DNA of 64,000 nucleotides from assembly GCA_016784445.1 (NCBI GenBank), contig JADHUR010000001.1:19464-83463 (forward strand). Reading direction: 5' to 3'. Below, in pieces: positions 9,353-19,502 of the stretch (position 1 is its first letter; each line of letters opens with the position of its first letter). The stretch comes from Patescibacteria group bacterium. Its GTDB lineage: Bacteria > Patescibacteriota > Patescibacteriia > UBA1558. Below the pieces are notes generated by a model. That model saw nothing but the letters and a program-made list of their open reading frames with translations. It was not told the origin of the DNA and searched no databases. The position numbers were made by a program, and so were the translations under genes.

Positions 9353-9601
9353 ATGCTTCGATGTAATCACGCCAATTGTGGCGCTAAAAAGGGTGACTGT
9401 TCACCATATCAGGCTGGAGATGTATGTCCCAATGGACATTCAATAACAACAGCTGATCTGGCTAAGGCTGAACCCCATTCAGTCGAGACACAATCTCCCA
9501 CTACATTTGGGGTACACTGTCCAAAATGTGGACACCCTAATGATGATGGTACTCAACGCCAAAGGGGCGATGAGTGCTCAAATTGTCATGAGATTCTTTA
9601 A
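9353..9601 (+). CDS. Cys/His-rich double zinc-ribbon-like miniprotein
   Basis: CNHANC, CPNGH, CPKCGH, CSNC; SD AAGGAGG. Confidence 0.75.
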   Translation: MLRCNHANCGAKKGDCSPYQAGDVCPNGHSITTADLAKAEPHSVETQSPTTFGVHCPKCGHPNDDGTQRQRGDECSNCHEIL

Positions 9602-9621
9602 AAGGATTCTCAAAAAAAATT

Positions 9622-9655
9622 CCCCTCGCTATATTAATATGGTGAGGGGTTTTTC
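9622..9655 (+). terminator. Intrinsic terminator
   Basis: CCCCTCGCTAT...ATGGTGAGGGG + TTTTT; G-U pairs valid on the + strand. Confidence 0.8.
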
Positions 9656-9663
9656 ATTTACCA

Positions 9664-9692
9664 TTGACAATGAGCTAATAATGCATTATACT
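9664..9692 (+). promoter_or_regulatory. sigma70 promoter, unit 4
   Basis: TTGACA, 17 nt, TATACT. Confidence 0.75.
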
Positions 9693-9733
9693 ATTTTAAC
9701 TGAAAAATGGAGCTCATTAACAAAGGAGAATAA

Positions 9734-10060
9734 ATGACTGTAAGTACTGAATTCATTATGTTAAAACATGATGTGAAATCCAAAGATCTTTTGCAAATGC
9801 ATGCATATTTACACAAGCTTAGAACTCAAGCAAATCCATTAGCAATATTACAGAGTAATATTCTAATGGCCTTGATTGATAACAGGAAAGATAAACAAGG
9901 CTTTTGTGGAGTTAAGGCTGAAGAGTTTATTCATGACAATACTGAACAAATGGTTCTGCGCAATCAAACAATTCAAGCCTGGAATAATCTTACGAGCACC
10001 TTGCAAAATCTCGCACCAAATGCAATCCTTACGGGACTACCTGAAATGCATAATGCATAA
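9734..10060 (+). CDS. Orphan protein (unit 4)
   Basis: GCTCATTAACA then SD AAAGGAG before ATG. Confidence 0.7.
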   Translation: MTVSTEFIMLKHDVKSKDLLQMHAYLHKLRTQANPLAILQSNILMALIDNRKDKQGFCGVKAEEFIHDNTEQMVLRNQTIQAWNNLTSTLQNLAPNAILTGLPEMHNA

Positions 10061-10070
10061 AAGAATAATT

Positions 10071-10104
10071 AGAACCTCACTAACTAGTGAGGTTCTTTAT
10101 TTAT
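10071..10104 (+). terminator. Intrinsic terminator
   Basis: Perfect AGAACCTCACTA-AC-TAGTGAGGTTCT + T-rich tail. Confidence 0.8.
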
Positions 10105-10105
10105 C

Positions 10106-10134
10106 TTGACTTTATATCCTTAATATAGTAAAGT
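10106..10134 (+). promoter_or_regulatory. sigma70 promoter, unit 5
   Basis: TTGACT, 17 nt, TAAAGT. Confidence 0.6.
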
Positions 10135-10167
10135 GCTCTAAACAATCGCACATTAAAAGGAGATGAA

Positions 10168-10557
10168 ATGGAAACTTTAATAATAGTAGCATTACTGATA
10201 ACTGCCTCACTCACACGTTTATACTTTCATTTTAAGATTGAACAGAACAATCAACCAAAGCCAGTCATGTCTATTTATTACATTGTCATGACTAATGAAG
10301 AAAAAAAAGCTTTAGAGGATTTGAAAGCATACTACGAGAGTAAAGAAACAGCTCACGCTAAACAATGCTTAACATTTCTTAATCATTTAATCTCTGGTCG
10401 AGAAATTAATCTGGGAAATTATGCAAAGATTGACTCAACGCTTCAAGTCAAAGAAAATCTCTATCATTCCTTTCAAGAAATTGGTAAGAAATTACGGCAT
10501 AAAAAGTTTAAAAGCTTTGTACTTCACAGTATTCCAGATGAAATCTTAGCACAATAA
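10168..10557 (+). CDS. Orphan protein with N-terminal TM (unit 5)
   Basis: SD AAAGGAG; hydrophobic N-terminus. Confidence 0.7.
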   Translation: METLIIVALLITASLTRLYFHFKIEQNNQPKPVMSIYYIVMTNEEKKALEDLKAYYESKETAHAKQCLTFLNHLISGREINLGNYAKIDSTLQVKENLYHSFQEIGKKLRHKKFKSFVLHSIPDEILAQ

Positions 10558-10567
10558 AAACTTAATC

Positions 10568-10597
10568 AAAAAACCCTGACAAATGTCGGGGTTTTAT
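10568..10597. terminator. Bidirectional terminator
   Basis: AAAACCCTGACA-A-ATGTCGGGGTTTT between convergent genes. Confidence 0.75.
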
Positions 10598-11133
10598 AAT
10601 AATTTCTTTTTTTTAAGCATCATCCGCCAATACCAGTCTTGTATAATATCTCTCCTTACTCCCAAATCGTCCATTAATTGTTTAATCTGTTTAATAGCTG
10701 TTTGTCTATTATTAGCATTCATTATCTCAACTTCTATAAAACTACCGAGACCTTTCACCTCATCTATAAATATATTGAAATGTCTATACTCATAATAGCT
10801 TCTAACTTTGTCTACTCTTACCTCTTCAATAAATTCTAAATGTTTAAGTATTACATCCATCATATCTCCATCAGATATTGTTACCTCTCTTTCTTTACCA
10901 CCATATATACCAGAAGGAAGATGGTATTCAAAAGAAGCTGTACCAGATGTCATATCTTTTCTAACTCTTAAGCGAGGAGATTTAAAACTAATAAATCTCT
11001 TACCATTTTTTGGGGAGAAATATATATCTACATAATGTTTCTTGGATTTATTACGTATACCTAAAAGCGTAAACTTTTTTAGTAAACGCTTCTTATTCTT
11101 TATCTTTGCTTTCATCTCAATTTCTAATTGCAT
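10594..11133 (-). CDS. CYTH-domain protein (class IV adenylate cyclase / thiamine triphosphatase fold)
   Basis: EIEMK (ExExK), DIYF, LRVR, DEVKGLGSFIEVE. Confidence 0.9.
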   Translation of the reverse strand: MQLEIEMKAKIKNKKRLLKKFTLLGIRNKSKKHYVDIYFSPKNGKRFISFKSPRLRVRKDMTSGTASFEYHLPSGIYGGKEREVTISDGDMMDVILKHLEFIEEVRVDKVRSYYEYRHFNIFIDEVKGLGSFIEVEIMNANNRQTAIKQIKQLMDDLGVRRDIIQDWYWRMMLKKKKLL

Positions 11134-11172
11134 AATGCAGATATTATATATTCAAAATAATTATCTAGCAAA

Positions 11173-12426
11173 TTAATTTTGTCTGAGTGCTTCAATTGGA
11201 TCAAGCTTAGCAGCTTCTTTTGCTGGATATAGTCCAAATATTAAACCAATAGCAACAGCTACTCCAACAGATATTATTACAGACTCAGGTGGAAGACTAA
11301 AGCGCCATTCAATACCTTGGGATTGAGCAATGATGGCTGTTAGCCAAGCTAGCAATGCTCCAACACCAACACCAACAATAGCCCCTCCAAAGGTTATAAG
11401 TCCTGCCTCAATTAAGAATTGATTCATAATATTTTTACTAGTTGCTCCAACTGCCTTCCTAAGTCCAATTTCATAGGTTCTTTCTGATACAGATACATAC
11501 ATAATATTCATAATACCAACACCACCAACAATTAATGAAATACTAGCAATAGCTATAAGCAACAGACTAATACCACCAAGAATTGAATCCATCATACCCA
11601 TGGCTTCTTGCATAGAAGTAACTGAGAAATCATATTTATCTGGATTACGTTCTTCTATATCATGTCTTGTTCTAAGTATTTCTGTAAACTCATCTATTCC
11701 TCTATCTATATATGAATCATCTTTAAGCCAACTCATTGCATAGGTTAAATGATCTACTCCCATCAGCTGTTTCTGTATAGTTGTTACCGGAATCATCGTA
11801 ACACTATCCATATCCATGCCAAAATATATTCCCTTTTCTTCTAGAACGCCAATAACTCTATAGTTCTTATTACGTATCTTTACATTCTTACCAACAGCTT
11901 GAGACTTGCCAAAAAGTTTTTCCTTAATACCAATGCCAAGTACAACTACTCTAGCCTGACTATCTACATGAGTCTCATCAAGAAAATAACCCTCGCCAAT
12001 AACCATATTATATACATCGAGAAAATTCTGATCAGTTCCAAAAATTAAAGCTGTTTTAGTATTACCTTCATAATTAAATACTTCTTGACCAATCAGTCCT
12101 ACATTTACTTTATCTACATAAGATAATTTAGATAAAGCTTCTGCATCTTCTCTAGTTAAAGTTGTAATACTTAAGCCCTGTGCCATTGATGTAGCATTTT
12201 GAACAGAAGTTTTGCCTACATTTGGAGTTTTAACTTCAACTTGTATAATATTTGTACCAAAACTAGATATTTGATCTGTTACATAATTCTTTATTCCCTC
12301 ACCAGCTGCCATAACCATAATAACTGAACCAATACCAATAATCATACCAAGAACAGTTAAGGCTGTTCTTACCTTATGCTTACTCAATGCTCCATATGCA
12401 GTTTTAAGTGGAAATAAAAATTTCAT
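11173..12426 (-). CDS. MacB/FtsX-family ABC permease
   Basis: RTALTVLGMIIG, GGVGIMNIMYVSVSERTYEIGLRKAVGA, GLYPA. Confidence 0.95.
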   Translation of the reverse strand: MKFLFPLKTAYGALSKHKVRTALTVLGMIIGIGSVIMVMAAGEGIKNYVTDQISSFGTNIIQVEVKTPNVGKTSVQNATSMAQGLSITTLTREDAEALSKLSYVDKVNVGLIGQEVFNYEGNTKTALIFGTDQNFLDVYNMVIGEGYFLDETHVDSQARVVVLGIGIKEKLFGKSQAVGKNVKIRNKNYRVIGVLEEKGIYFGMDMDSVTMIPVTTIQKQLMGVDHLTYAMSWLKDDSYIDRGIDEFTEILRTRHDIEERNPDKYDFSVTSMQEAMGMMDSILGGISLLLIAIASISLIVGGVGIMNIMYVSVSERTYEIGLRKAVGATSKNIMNQFLIEAGLITFGGAIVGVGVGALLAWLTAIIAQSQGIEWRFSLPPESVIISVGVAVAIGLIFGLYPAKEAAKLDPIEALRQN

Positions 12427-12428
12427 AA

Positions 12429-13673
12429 TTATTCATAACGTAATGCTTCGACTGGATTAAGCTTTGCTGCTTTACTTGCCGGATATAGTCCAAAGAATAT
12501 TCCAATTGCCACACTAATACCGACACTTAATAATATTGAACTAATACTTACAATAAACTCCCAATGATAACCTAAATAATTTGCTACTAAGGCTATAAGA
12601 CCTGCTACAAATGCTCCAATAATAATACCAATAGCTCCTCCCACAAAAGTTAAGGTAATTGCTTCTACTAAAAATTGAGTAGTAATAACAATAGGTTTTG
12701 CACCAACTGCCTTCCTAAGACCAATTTCTGCCGTTCTTTCAGTAACGGATACAAGCATAATATTCATAATTCCTACTCCACCAACAAGAAGTGCTATTGC
12801 TGCTATTGCTGCTAAAAAGAAATTGAGAGCCCCCGTTACAGACCCTAGTACATCTAAGGCTTGAGCTTGTGACCTTACCGAAAAATCATCTATACCAGCT
12901 TTATCAATATCATGCTGGTCGCGAATTATACGTTTCACTTCCTCAATAACAGCTGGCACATTCTCTTCCTTATCTATTTGGAAGCGAGCGGAAGAAATAT
13001 GATTAATACCAAGCATGATCTTTTGAGCTGTTCTAAGTGGTATATATACCTGATTATCTAAATCTCCAAAAAAAGTAGAGCCTCTTTCCTCTACTACTCC
13101 AACTACTCTAAATATTTCTTTTTTTATCTTAATTTTCTTATTTAATGGATCAATATCCCCAAATGTATCAAGAGCTGCTTGATAACCAAGCACTACAAGT
13201 CTAGACAGTCCTTTATCTTCTACTTCTGTATACCAACGGCCAGATATTAAATTTGCATTCTCTACAATAGGATAAGACTCTGTTGTACCAACAAATGTAG
13301 TATCTACTTTCTGATTCTGATAAACAATATTAGCAACACCTTGCACATATCCAGCACCAGCTACAATAGCATTTGTTGAATCATTATTTAAAATGGCTTC
13401 TAAATCATCGAGTTGAAGAGTTGTTACTGTAATACCCATAGCGGATGCAGGTGGACCTTCATCATCCGAAGCACCAGGTAGTACTGAAACTAAATTCGAA
13501 CCAACACTCTCTATCTCATTAAATATAAGGCTTTGTGCTCCAGCACCAACTGACAGAATCATAATAACACCAGCTACACCAATAATTATTCCAAGCATAG
13601 TTAAAAAAGACCGCCATCTATTGATGTTCAGACTTTTTATCGCTGCTTTAAATAATCCAAGTATAACCATCAC
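12429..13673 (-). CDS. MacB/FtsX-family ABC permease (paralog)
   Basis: RSFLTMLGIIIG, GGVGIMNIMLVSVTERTAEIGLRKAVGA. Confidence 0.95.
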   Translation of the reverse strand: MMVILGLFKAAIKSLNINRWRSFLTMLGIIIGVAGVIMILSVGAGAQSLIFNEIESVGSNLVSVLPGASDDEGPPASAMGITVTTLQLDDLEAILNNDSTNAIVAGAGYVQGVANIVYQNQKVDTTFVGTTESYPIVENANLISGRWYTEVEDKGLSRLVVLGYQAALDTFGDIDPLNKKIKIKKEIFRVVGVVEERGSTFFGDLDNQVYIPLRTAQKIMLGINHISSARFQIDKEENVPAVIEEVKRIIRDQHDIDKAGIDDFSVRSQAQALDVLGSVTGALNFFLAAIAAIALLVGGVGIMNIMLVSVTERTAEIGLRKAVGAKPIVITTQFLVEAITLTFVGGAIGIIIGAFVAGLIALVANYLGYHWEFIVSISSILLSVGISVAIGIFFGLYPASKAAKLNPVEALRYE

Positions 13674-14389
13674 TTAATAAGTTCACCTTCTTTAACAGAT
13701 CTTCTCTTTTCTACTTTTATATCTGATTCAATTAAACCATCTCTAATTTTAATGATTCTATCTGCATGATTTGCAGTATCTTGCTCATGAGTAACTAAAA
13801 TTATTGTATGCCCTTTATCATTCAAACGTTCAAATATTTCCATTATTTGTGTACCAGATTTTGTATCTAAATTACCAGTTGGTTCATCTGCAAATACTAT
13901 TTTTGGCTGATTAACAATAGCTCTCGCTATTGCTACTCTTTGCTTTTCACCACCAGATAATTGATTAGATAAAAAATCTGAACGATGATCAAGGCCTACT
14001 GATCTAATTGCCTCTTCTGTTAATTTATCTTTATCTAATCTAGTTGAATATGTTAAAGGTAATTTAACATTCTCATAAACAGATGTTTTAGAAAGTAAAT
14101 TAAACTGTTGAAATACAAATCCCACCTCCTCATTACGAATAGATGCTAATTTATTTTCATCAAAAGAAGTAATATCCTGACCATCAAAGATATATTTACC
14201 AGTTGTAAGTTTATCCAAGAAACCAAGAATATGCATAAGAGTAGATTTACCTGAACCAGATGGTCCCATAATAGCAAGATACTCCCCTTTTTTAATTGAG
14301 AAATTTAAACCATGTAAGACTTTTGTTACAACTTCTTCATTAACAAATTCCTTTTTAAGATCTTGTATGTCTATTAATTTATTGTCCAT
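13670..14389 (-). CDS. ABC transporter ATP-binding protein (MacB/LolD type)
   Basis: GPSGSGKST, LSGGEKQR, ADEPTGNLD. Confidence 0.97.
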   Translation of the reverse strand: MDNKLIDIQDLKKEFVNEEVVTKVLHGLNFSIKKGEYLAIMGPSGSGKSTLMHILGFLDKLTTGKYIFDGQDITSFDENKLASIRNEEVGFVFQQFNLLSKTSVYENVKLPLTYSTRLDKDKLTEEAIRSVGLDHRSDFLSNQLSGGEKQRVAIARAIVNQPKIVFADEPTGNLDTKSGTQIMEIFERLNDKGHTIILVTHEQDTANHADRIIKIRDGLIESDIKVEKRRSVKEGELIK

Positions 14390-16034
14390 TACTTTGTGTA
14401 ATAATTATTGTTTCACCAATCTCTACACCTGAAATTATTTCAATATATCCAGTATCATCTTTAAGTCCTGTATCTACTTCCTTTGTAATAGCCTCGTCAT
14501 TATTTAATACTTTTATTTGCTGTATATTATCTACTTCAAATACTGCTCTTGCTGGAACAGCTACAACTGCTTCCTTTTGATCGATTAGAATATCTACATT
14601 AGCAGTCATACCTGGTTTTATTGCCTGATCTGGAAGATCAAAAGCAACTCTTACTTTATAGTAAACAACATCTGATATTGTAGTTTCAGCAGGTTCTATA
14701 AAACTAATATGTCCACTAAATACAAGTGCACTACCATAAGCATCTAATGTTATCTCCGCACCATCACCAACTCTTATATCAGCAATATCTGATTCTGGAA
14801 TATCTACTTCTATTTCATAACTAGATTTACCAATAATGGTAATTACAGAATCAGTTAGTCCTGCTTGTTCACCTAATTTTTTATCTACTTTAACAATTGT
14901 TCCAGAAATAGGAGCTTTAATCATATAATCTGCAAGTCTTGCATAAGCTGTCTGCAAAGTAGCTTGTGCCTGTTGTAATCTAGCTTCATAAGACGATATT
15001 TCAAAATCTCTAGGACCAGCTTCTTTAAATGCCAATTGAGCTTCAGCTAATAATACTGCTTCTTCTTGCGCATTAATATTATCTTCGGCTATCTTTACTT
15101 GATTCTCATAATATACAATATTATTACTTAGATTTGCTTTAGCTGTTTGCAAACTTGTAAGAGCTGTATCTAAATTTGTTTGTTGTGTTCTTACACTTGT
15201 TTTATATGCATCTAATTCTGTTTGAGTAAATGATGAACCAGTCAAACTATTCTCTAACATTAAATATGTATTAACGAGTAGACCTGAAATATCTGACTGA
15301 TAGCTTATTAAACTTGAAAGTCCAAATTCAATCTCATCATTGCTAGACAGGCTTGTAATTGAATTAAGTGTAGCTTGAATTGTCTGATACTGACTATTCA
15401 ATGCAGCATATGAACTTTCAGAAATATTCTTATACTGAGGACTAATTACAGATAAAAGTGGCTTAGCATCTGTATCTGTCAATATTGTCTTTACAGTATC
15501 TAGCGCAGCTCTTGAATAAAAGTTCTTAGTAGCCAGACCATTAAGTGCTGTCTCCCTATATGTTGTAAGTTTATCATCTCTTTCATTTAGAAGATTAGCT
15601 AAACTAGTTCTAGCTTGATTCAAGCTGACATTAGCTTGAACAAGTTGCTGCTCAGTAACCGCAATATCCTCAGAAGATGCTCCAGACAATACCCTATCTA
15701 AGTCTGCTTGTGCTGCTGCAACATTAGCATTGGCATTAGCAACATCTGCTCCAACTGAAGCTGTATTTAGCTGAGCTAGTGTTTGCCCTACCACAACTTC
15801 ATCACCCACTGCAACATTAATGCGAGCAATTCTTCCACTGCTAGAAAAACTTAAATTTATCTCATCGGCAGATTCTACAGATCCAGTAGCTGATACCGTT
15901 TTAATTAAATCACGAATACCAACTTCTTCTGTTATGTACTCAATTTGTTCTCCTCCTTTACTTACACTTGAAATGACAATTAATACTACAATGATAGCAA
16001 TAACTGAAATCCAAATAATCTTTTTCTTTGTCAT
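14379..16034 (-). CDS. Efflux periplasmic adaptor (MacA/HlyD family) with long coiled coil
   Basis: TM, lipoyl-like half motifs (SGRIARINVAVGD; IKAPISGTI), KPGMTA. Confidence 0.9.
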   Translation of the reverse strand: MTKKKIIWISVIAIIVVLIVISSVSKGGEQIEYITEEVGIRDLIKTVSATGSVESADEINLSFSSSGRIARINVAVGDEVVVGQTLAQLNTASVGADVANANANVAAAQADLDRVLSGASSEDIAVTEQQLVQANVSLNQARTSLANLLNERDDKLTTYRETALNGLATKNFYSRAALDTVKTILTDTDAKPLLSVISPQYKNISESSYAALNSQYQTIQATLNSITSLSSNDEIEFGLSSLISYQSDISGLLVNTYLMLENSLTGSSFTQTELDAYKTSVRTQQTNLDTALTSLQTAKANLSNNIVYYENQVKIAEDNINAQEEAVLLAEAQLAFKEAGPRDFEISSYEARLQQAQATLQTAYARLADYMIKAPISGTIVKVDKKLGEQAGLTDSVITIIGKSSYEIEVDIPESDIADIRVGDGAEITLDAYGSALVFSGHISFIEPAETTISDVVYYKVRVAFDLPDQAIKPGMTANVDILIDQKEAVVAVPARAVFEVDNIQQIKVLNNDEAITKEVDTGLKDDTGYIEIISGVEIGETIIITQSNGQ

Positions 16035-16155
16035 ATTTTTAATTATATTAAAATAACTCAGGGTGATTATATTATCACTTTCTTATATATTTTACCACTT
16101 TTAAGCAAAAAAATCGAGCTATAAGCTCGTTTTAGGATTATATGTCCAAATATAC

Positions 16156-16737
16156 CTATTCTACTACTTCAGAGGGTCTTTTTGGCTTACAAACCATTGG
16201 ATCAACTATTTTCTTACTTACATAATATACAGAGATAATCATAACAATAAGAGCTAATATCATAAACTCCCCGCCATCAAGTGGCAGGAAAGAAATTAGT
16301 GAAGCTGTAAAACCTAAACCAAATATTGAAGTTAAAATAACGGAACCACAGGCGGCACAGCCAATTCCAAACATTCCAGCGACAATACCAAAAAAACTAG
16401 CACCAGCTTCCTTATTGGCCTTTGCCTGTCTTCTTAAAAGATATATAAGCATTGCAATATTTATACCAGCTACTATTGCTAATAATATAACAGTCCAAAA
16501 AGTAAACAATGAAGTAAAGTTTGTATCTATTGATAACAATGATTGAAAAATTAATTTCATTTTAGTAGCAAAATTAAATATATCTGACTTTATAGTAAAA
16601 TCAATAAACTCTGCCTTGTTTGTAAATACAGATAATAGATAAACAAATAAAGCAAAAACGATGCCAGTTAATATATACCTAGTATTTTTAAATACTAATA
16701 TAAATGCTTTATATATTTTTTGAAGTTTATCTTTCAT
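16156..16737 (-). CDS. Membrane protein with intramembrane GCAACG motif
   Basis: About 4 TM segments, CxxC. Confidence 0.7.
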   Translation of the reverse strand: MKDKLQKIYKAFILVFKNTRYILTGIVFALFVYLLSVFTNKAEFIDFTIKSDIFNFATKMKLIFQSLLSIDTNFTSLFTFWTVILLAIVAGINIAMLIYLLRRQAKANKEAGASFFGIVAGMFGIGCAACGSVILTSIFGLGFTASLISFLPLDGGEFMILALIVMIISVYYVSKKIVDPMVCKPKRPSEVVE

Positions 16738-16741
16738 AGAA

Positions 16742-17998
16742 TTATTCTAACATATCTATTAAGCGAGAGATAGTTTGTTCAAATCTCTCTCTGTTCTCTT
16801 CTAGTATTGGCTTACCAGGAGGCAATACTTCATACATAGGATTTATCTTAACTCCATTCTTTACCATCTCATAATGTAAATGAGGGCCCGTAGAAAAACC
16901 CGTTGAACCAACATAACCAATAACCTCTCCTTGCTTCACCTTCTGTCCATAACCAACAGCTATTCTAGATTGATGAGCATAATTTGTTGTATATGTTCCA
17001 TTATGTCTAATACTTGTTAAGTAACCATAGCCCGCACTACTCCAACCAGCAAAAACTACTGTACCATCACCAACTGTTCTAATTGGTGTGCCATAAGGCG
17101 TTGCATAGTCTATTGCTCTATGTCCGGTTGAAACATTAAAGGCTGCCACATAACGACTACCAGTTGTAAAGCCAGAAGATATATATTTAAAGGCTACTGG
17201 TGCTTTTAAGAACATTTTCTGTACTGAATTACCATCGATATCAAAATAACCTTTATTCTCTTCTGATTCTTCAAAATAAAATAGCTCATAATTCTCACCA
17301 GCATTTACATATCTACCAGCTAGAATCTTTCCAGGCATAATATATTCACCATCTAAATATCTTTCCTCAAATGCAAATTTAAATATATCTCCTACTCTTG
17401 GATCCATAGCAAAGTCTATTGACCATTGAAAGGCATTAGCAAATTCAATGATAGCTCTTTCATCAATATCATTCTCAAGTGCTGCCTGATACATAGAGGA
17501 CTTTACCTCACCTGAAACAACCCTTTCTTTTACTTCATAAGCAATAGCCTGTCTTATTGCACTCCAATTCCCCTCTCCTGCCTCAGATAAATCTTTAGCA
17601 ACAATAAGTTCATCTTCTGAATCTATCTTATACTCCAGCCTAATAATATCTCCTGTATCACCATCATAATATAAGTCTAATTTCTTACCAGCTCTTAAAG
17701 TTACCAAATCATAGTATTCTAAAGATTTATTATATATATCATTAGCTATAGATATTGGCACAGAATTATTCTCCATAATTATTCCATAAGTATCCCCAGT
17801 AGAAATTTCCACTACCACTTTAGTGTCCTCATTAGCTATAACAATATCATCAGCGATTATATCTGTGGTTTTAAATAGCTTAGGTATAAATATTACTAGC
17901 AATAAAAAAACAATCACAATAATACCTATTGCTGCTATTTTAATATATCCCCTATATGAATCTAATCTTCTTTGCTTCCAAACTGTTTGTACTTTCAT
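16742..17998 (-). CDS. M23 family peptidase (MepM-like)
   Basis: HRAID, YAH, STGPHLHYE motifs; N-terminal TM. Confidence 0.93.
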   Translation of the reverse strand: MKVQTVWKQRRLDSYRGYIKIAAIGIIVIVFLLLVIFIPKLFKTTDIIADDIVIANEDTKVVVEISTGDTYGIIMENNSVPISIANDIYNKSLEYYDLVTLRAGKKLDLYYDGDTGDIIRLEYKIDSEDELIVAKDLSEAGEGNWSAIRQAIAYEVKERVVSGEVKSSMYQAALENDIDERAIIEFANAFQWSIDFAMDPRVGDIFKFAFEERYLDGEYIMPGKILAGRYVNAGENYELFYFEESEENKGYFDIDGNSVQKMFLKAPVAFKYISSGFTTGSRYVAAFNVSTGHRAIDYATPYGTPIRTVGDGTVVFAGWSSAGYGYLTSIRHNGTYTTNYAHQSRIAVGYGQKVKQGEVIGYVGSTGFSTGPHLHYEMVKNGVKINPMYEVLPPGKPILEENRERFEQTISRLIDMLE

Positions 17999-18073
17999 GG
18001 TTTATATATTTTAGCAAAATTAGACAAAAAAAAGAAGCCCTCATAAACAAGGTGCTCCTAGACAATTTGAATA

Positions 18074-18592
18074 TTATTTAAAATAAACAGGAACCTCTAG
18101 CGAATCATTATATAAAGGAATGCCTGATGGATTATCTTTTCTTAAAATTAATAAACCATGTTTATCCTCTGGCTTACTAAATTGCAATTTAGTTAAGAAT
18201 GGAACAAAGCTTTCAGTCATCCAATCTGACTGTGCAGTTGCTATTCCCCGAGCTAATAAATTACCACTAGCATCATATAATTCCACTGGAAAGTCTGCTT
18301 CGAAAAACCAATTTCCAACAGCTTCTCCAGTAATGCTAAGCGGGCTAGTAATAACAGTATTTGGTCTAGGACTATCTATACGTATTAAGTCCATCTTTTC
18401 CATCTCATTACCAATATATTCAGTGAAAGTATTATTACCATCACTACATTGTCTGGGATAGCTTTCCATAGCTGGATTACCGGTAGCTATACACTCATCA
18501 AAATTAGTAACCGAAACTATCTCAGATACTAAACTACATCCTGTTAAGGAAATAGATAATATTGCGAATACAATTATTCTTTTCATCATCAA
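18074..18592 (-). CDS. Lipoprotein with Gmad2-like Ig domain
   Basis: Lipobox LTGC; NFDECIATGNPAMESYPRQC; GNWFFEADFPV; DNPSG. Confidence 0.8.
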   Translation of the reverse strand: MMMKRIIVFAILSISLTGCSLVSEIVSVTNFDECIATGNPAMESYPRQCSDGNNTFTEYIGNEMEKMDLIRIDSPRPNTVITSPLSITGEAVGNWFFEADFPVELYDASGNLLARGIATAQSDWMTESFVPFLTKLQFSKPEDKHGLLILRKDNPSGIPLYNDSLEVPVYFK

Positions 18593-19071
18593 TTACTTAT
18601 TTGATAATACTTAGAAGAACCATTTATACCAAGTATACTCTCAAAAACTCCTGTTCCTCCACCCGGTGTTGGCTTTGTAATACTTTCTAAGGTCACCTTC
18701 TCGTCAACATTTTCCAAATTAGCATAAAGAGTGCAATGATTATCCTCATTAACAATATATGTATATTGTGAATTATCACTAGTACCAGATTTAGGATCTT
18801 TGATATTACTTGGTATAGCATTCGCATACTGCGGGTACTTTGATTTATATTCTTGTATCAATTCTTTTAAATCATACTCACCTGCTCCCGCTTCTGGAGT
18901 AATGCAACCAAAGGATAAAAATCTACCAATTTGAGATAAATCAGCTATACGTTTTGTGTCTCTTGCCTTAAATCGTGAACTACCTAAAGATACCATTACC
19001 ATCGTAGATAAAATACCAATAATACCTATTACCACCAGTATCTCTATTAAACTAAAACCCCTAAACTTCAC
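18589..19071 (-). CDS. Type IV pilin / pseudopilin
   Basis: Prepilin cleavage motif RG|FSLIEILVV, KARDTKR. Confidence 0.9.
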   Translation of the reverse strand: MKFRGFSLIEILVVIGIIGILSTMVMVSLGSSRFKARDTKRIADLSQIGRFLSFGCITPEAGAGEYDLKELIQEYKSKYPQYANAIPSNIKDPKSGTSDNSQYTYIVNEDNHCTLYANLENVDEKVTLESITKPTPGGGTGVFESILGINGSSKYYQISN

Positions 19072-19073
19072 AA

Positions 19074-19304
19074 TTAAAGTTCTAATGGCTCTTCTTCTCC
19101 AATATCTTCAATTGGTACAAATTTCTCTGGATCATTAGCTGTAACAAATTCATCATTCTCCTCATCATCTGTTTTCTCTCTATACTCTGTAGGTGCTTGA
19201 TTTACAGCTCGAGCATCTCTTAATCCTGCTTCTGGGTGCATTTGTTGTCTTCTAGCCTCATCTTTGGCCTCTTGATCTTCTAAATTAGGTGTTTCAAATC
19301 CCAT
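19074..19304 (-). CDS. Small acidic hypothetical protein
   Basis: ORF with upstream TGATATAAT; 2 nt from the pilin start. Confidence 0.6.
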   Translation of the reverse strand: MGFETPNLEDQEAKDEARRQQMHPEAGLRDARAVNQAPTEYREKTDDEENDEFVTANDPEKFVPIEDIGEEEPLEL

Positions 19305-19378
19305 AATTTTAGTATTAATTGTAATATATATACATTATATCATAATAAAAAATACCCATCATATAGATGAGTGTTTTT

Positions 19379-19453
19379 TGGTAGCCCGTAGGGGAATTGA
19401 ACCCCTGTTGCCAGATTGAGAATCTGGAGTCCTAACCACTAGACGAACGGGCC
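19379..19453 (-). tRNA. tRNA-Glu(CTC)
   Basis: GGCCCGT...CCAGA-TTCTCAA-TCTGG...GGTTCAATTCC...ACGGGCTACCA; full cloverleaf with encoded CCA; hairpin 19347-19378 follows. Confidence 0.97.
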
Positions 19454-19502
19454 TAAAAAAATTACTCGCATAGATTAGCAAGAAATTGTTAAAAAATCAA
19501 GT

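Noticed and set aside
9204-10597. Integron attC sites between the small cassettes (TTAAC...GTTAG at 9208-9234)
   Set aside because: The hairpins are about 30 bp, shorter than attC, lack shared R/L boxes, end in U-tracts like terminators, and no integron integrase is present.
11173-16034. Duplicated permeases in the MacAB-like operon as a novelty
   Set aside because: Adaptor + ATPase + two permeases is an ordinary arrangement for this transporter family.
18049-18072. Possible tRNA 3'-end remnant (minus strand TTCAAAT...GGAGCACC) marking an island at tRNA-Glu
   Set aside because: It does not match the tRNA-Glu 3' sequence, the spacing is one base short and there is no CCA.
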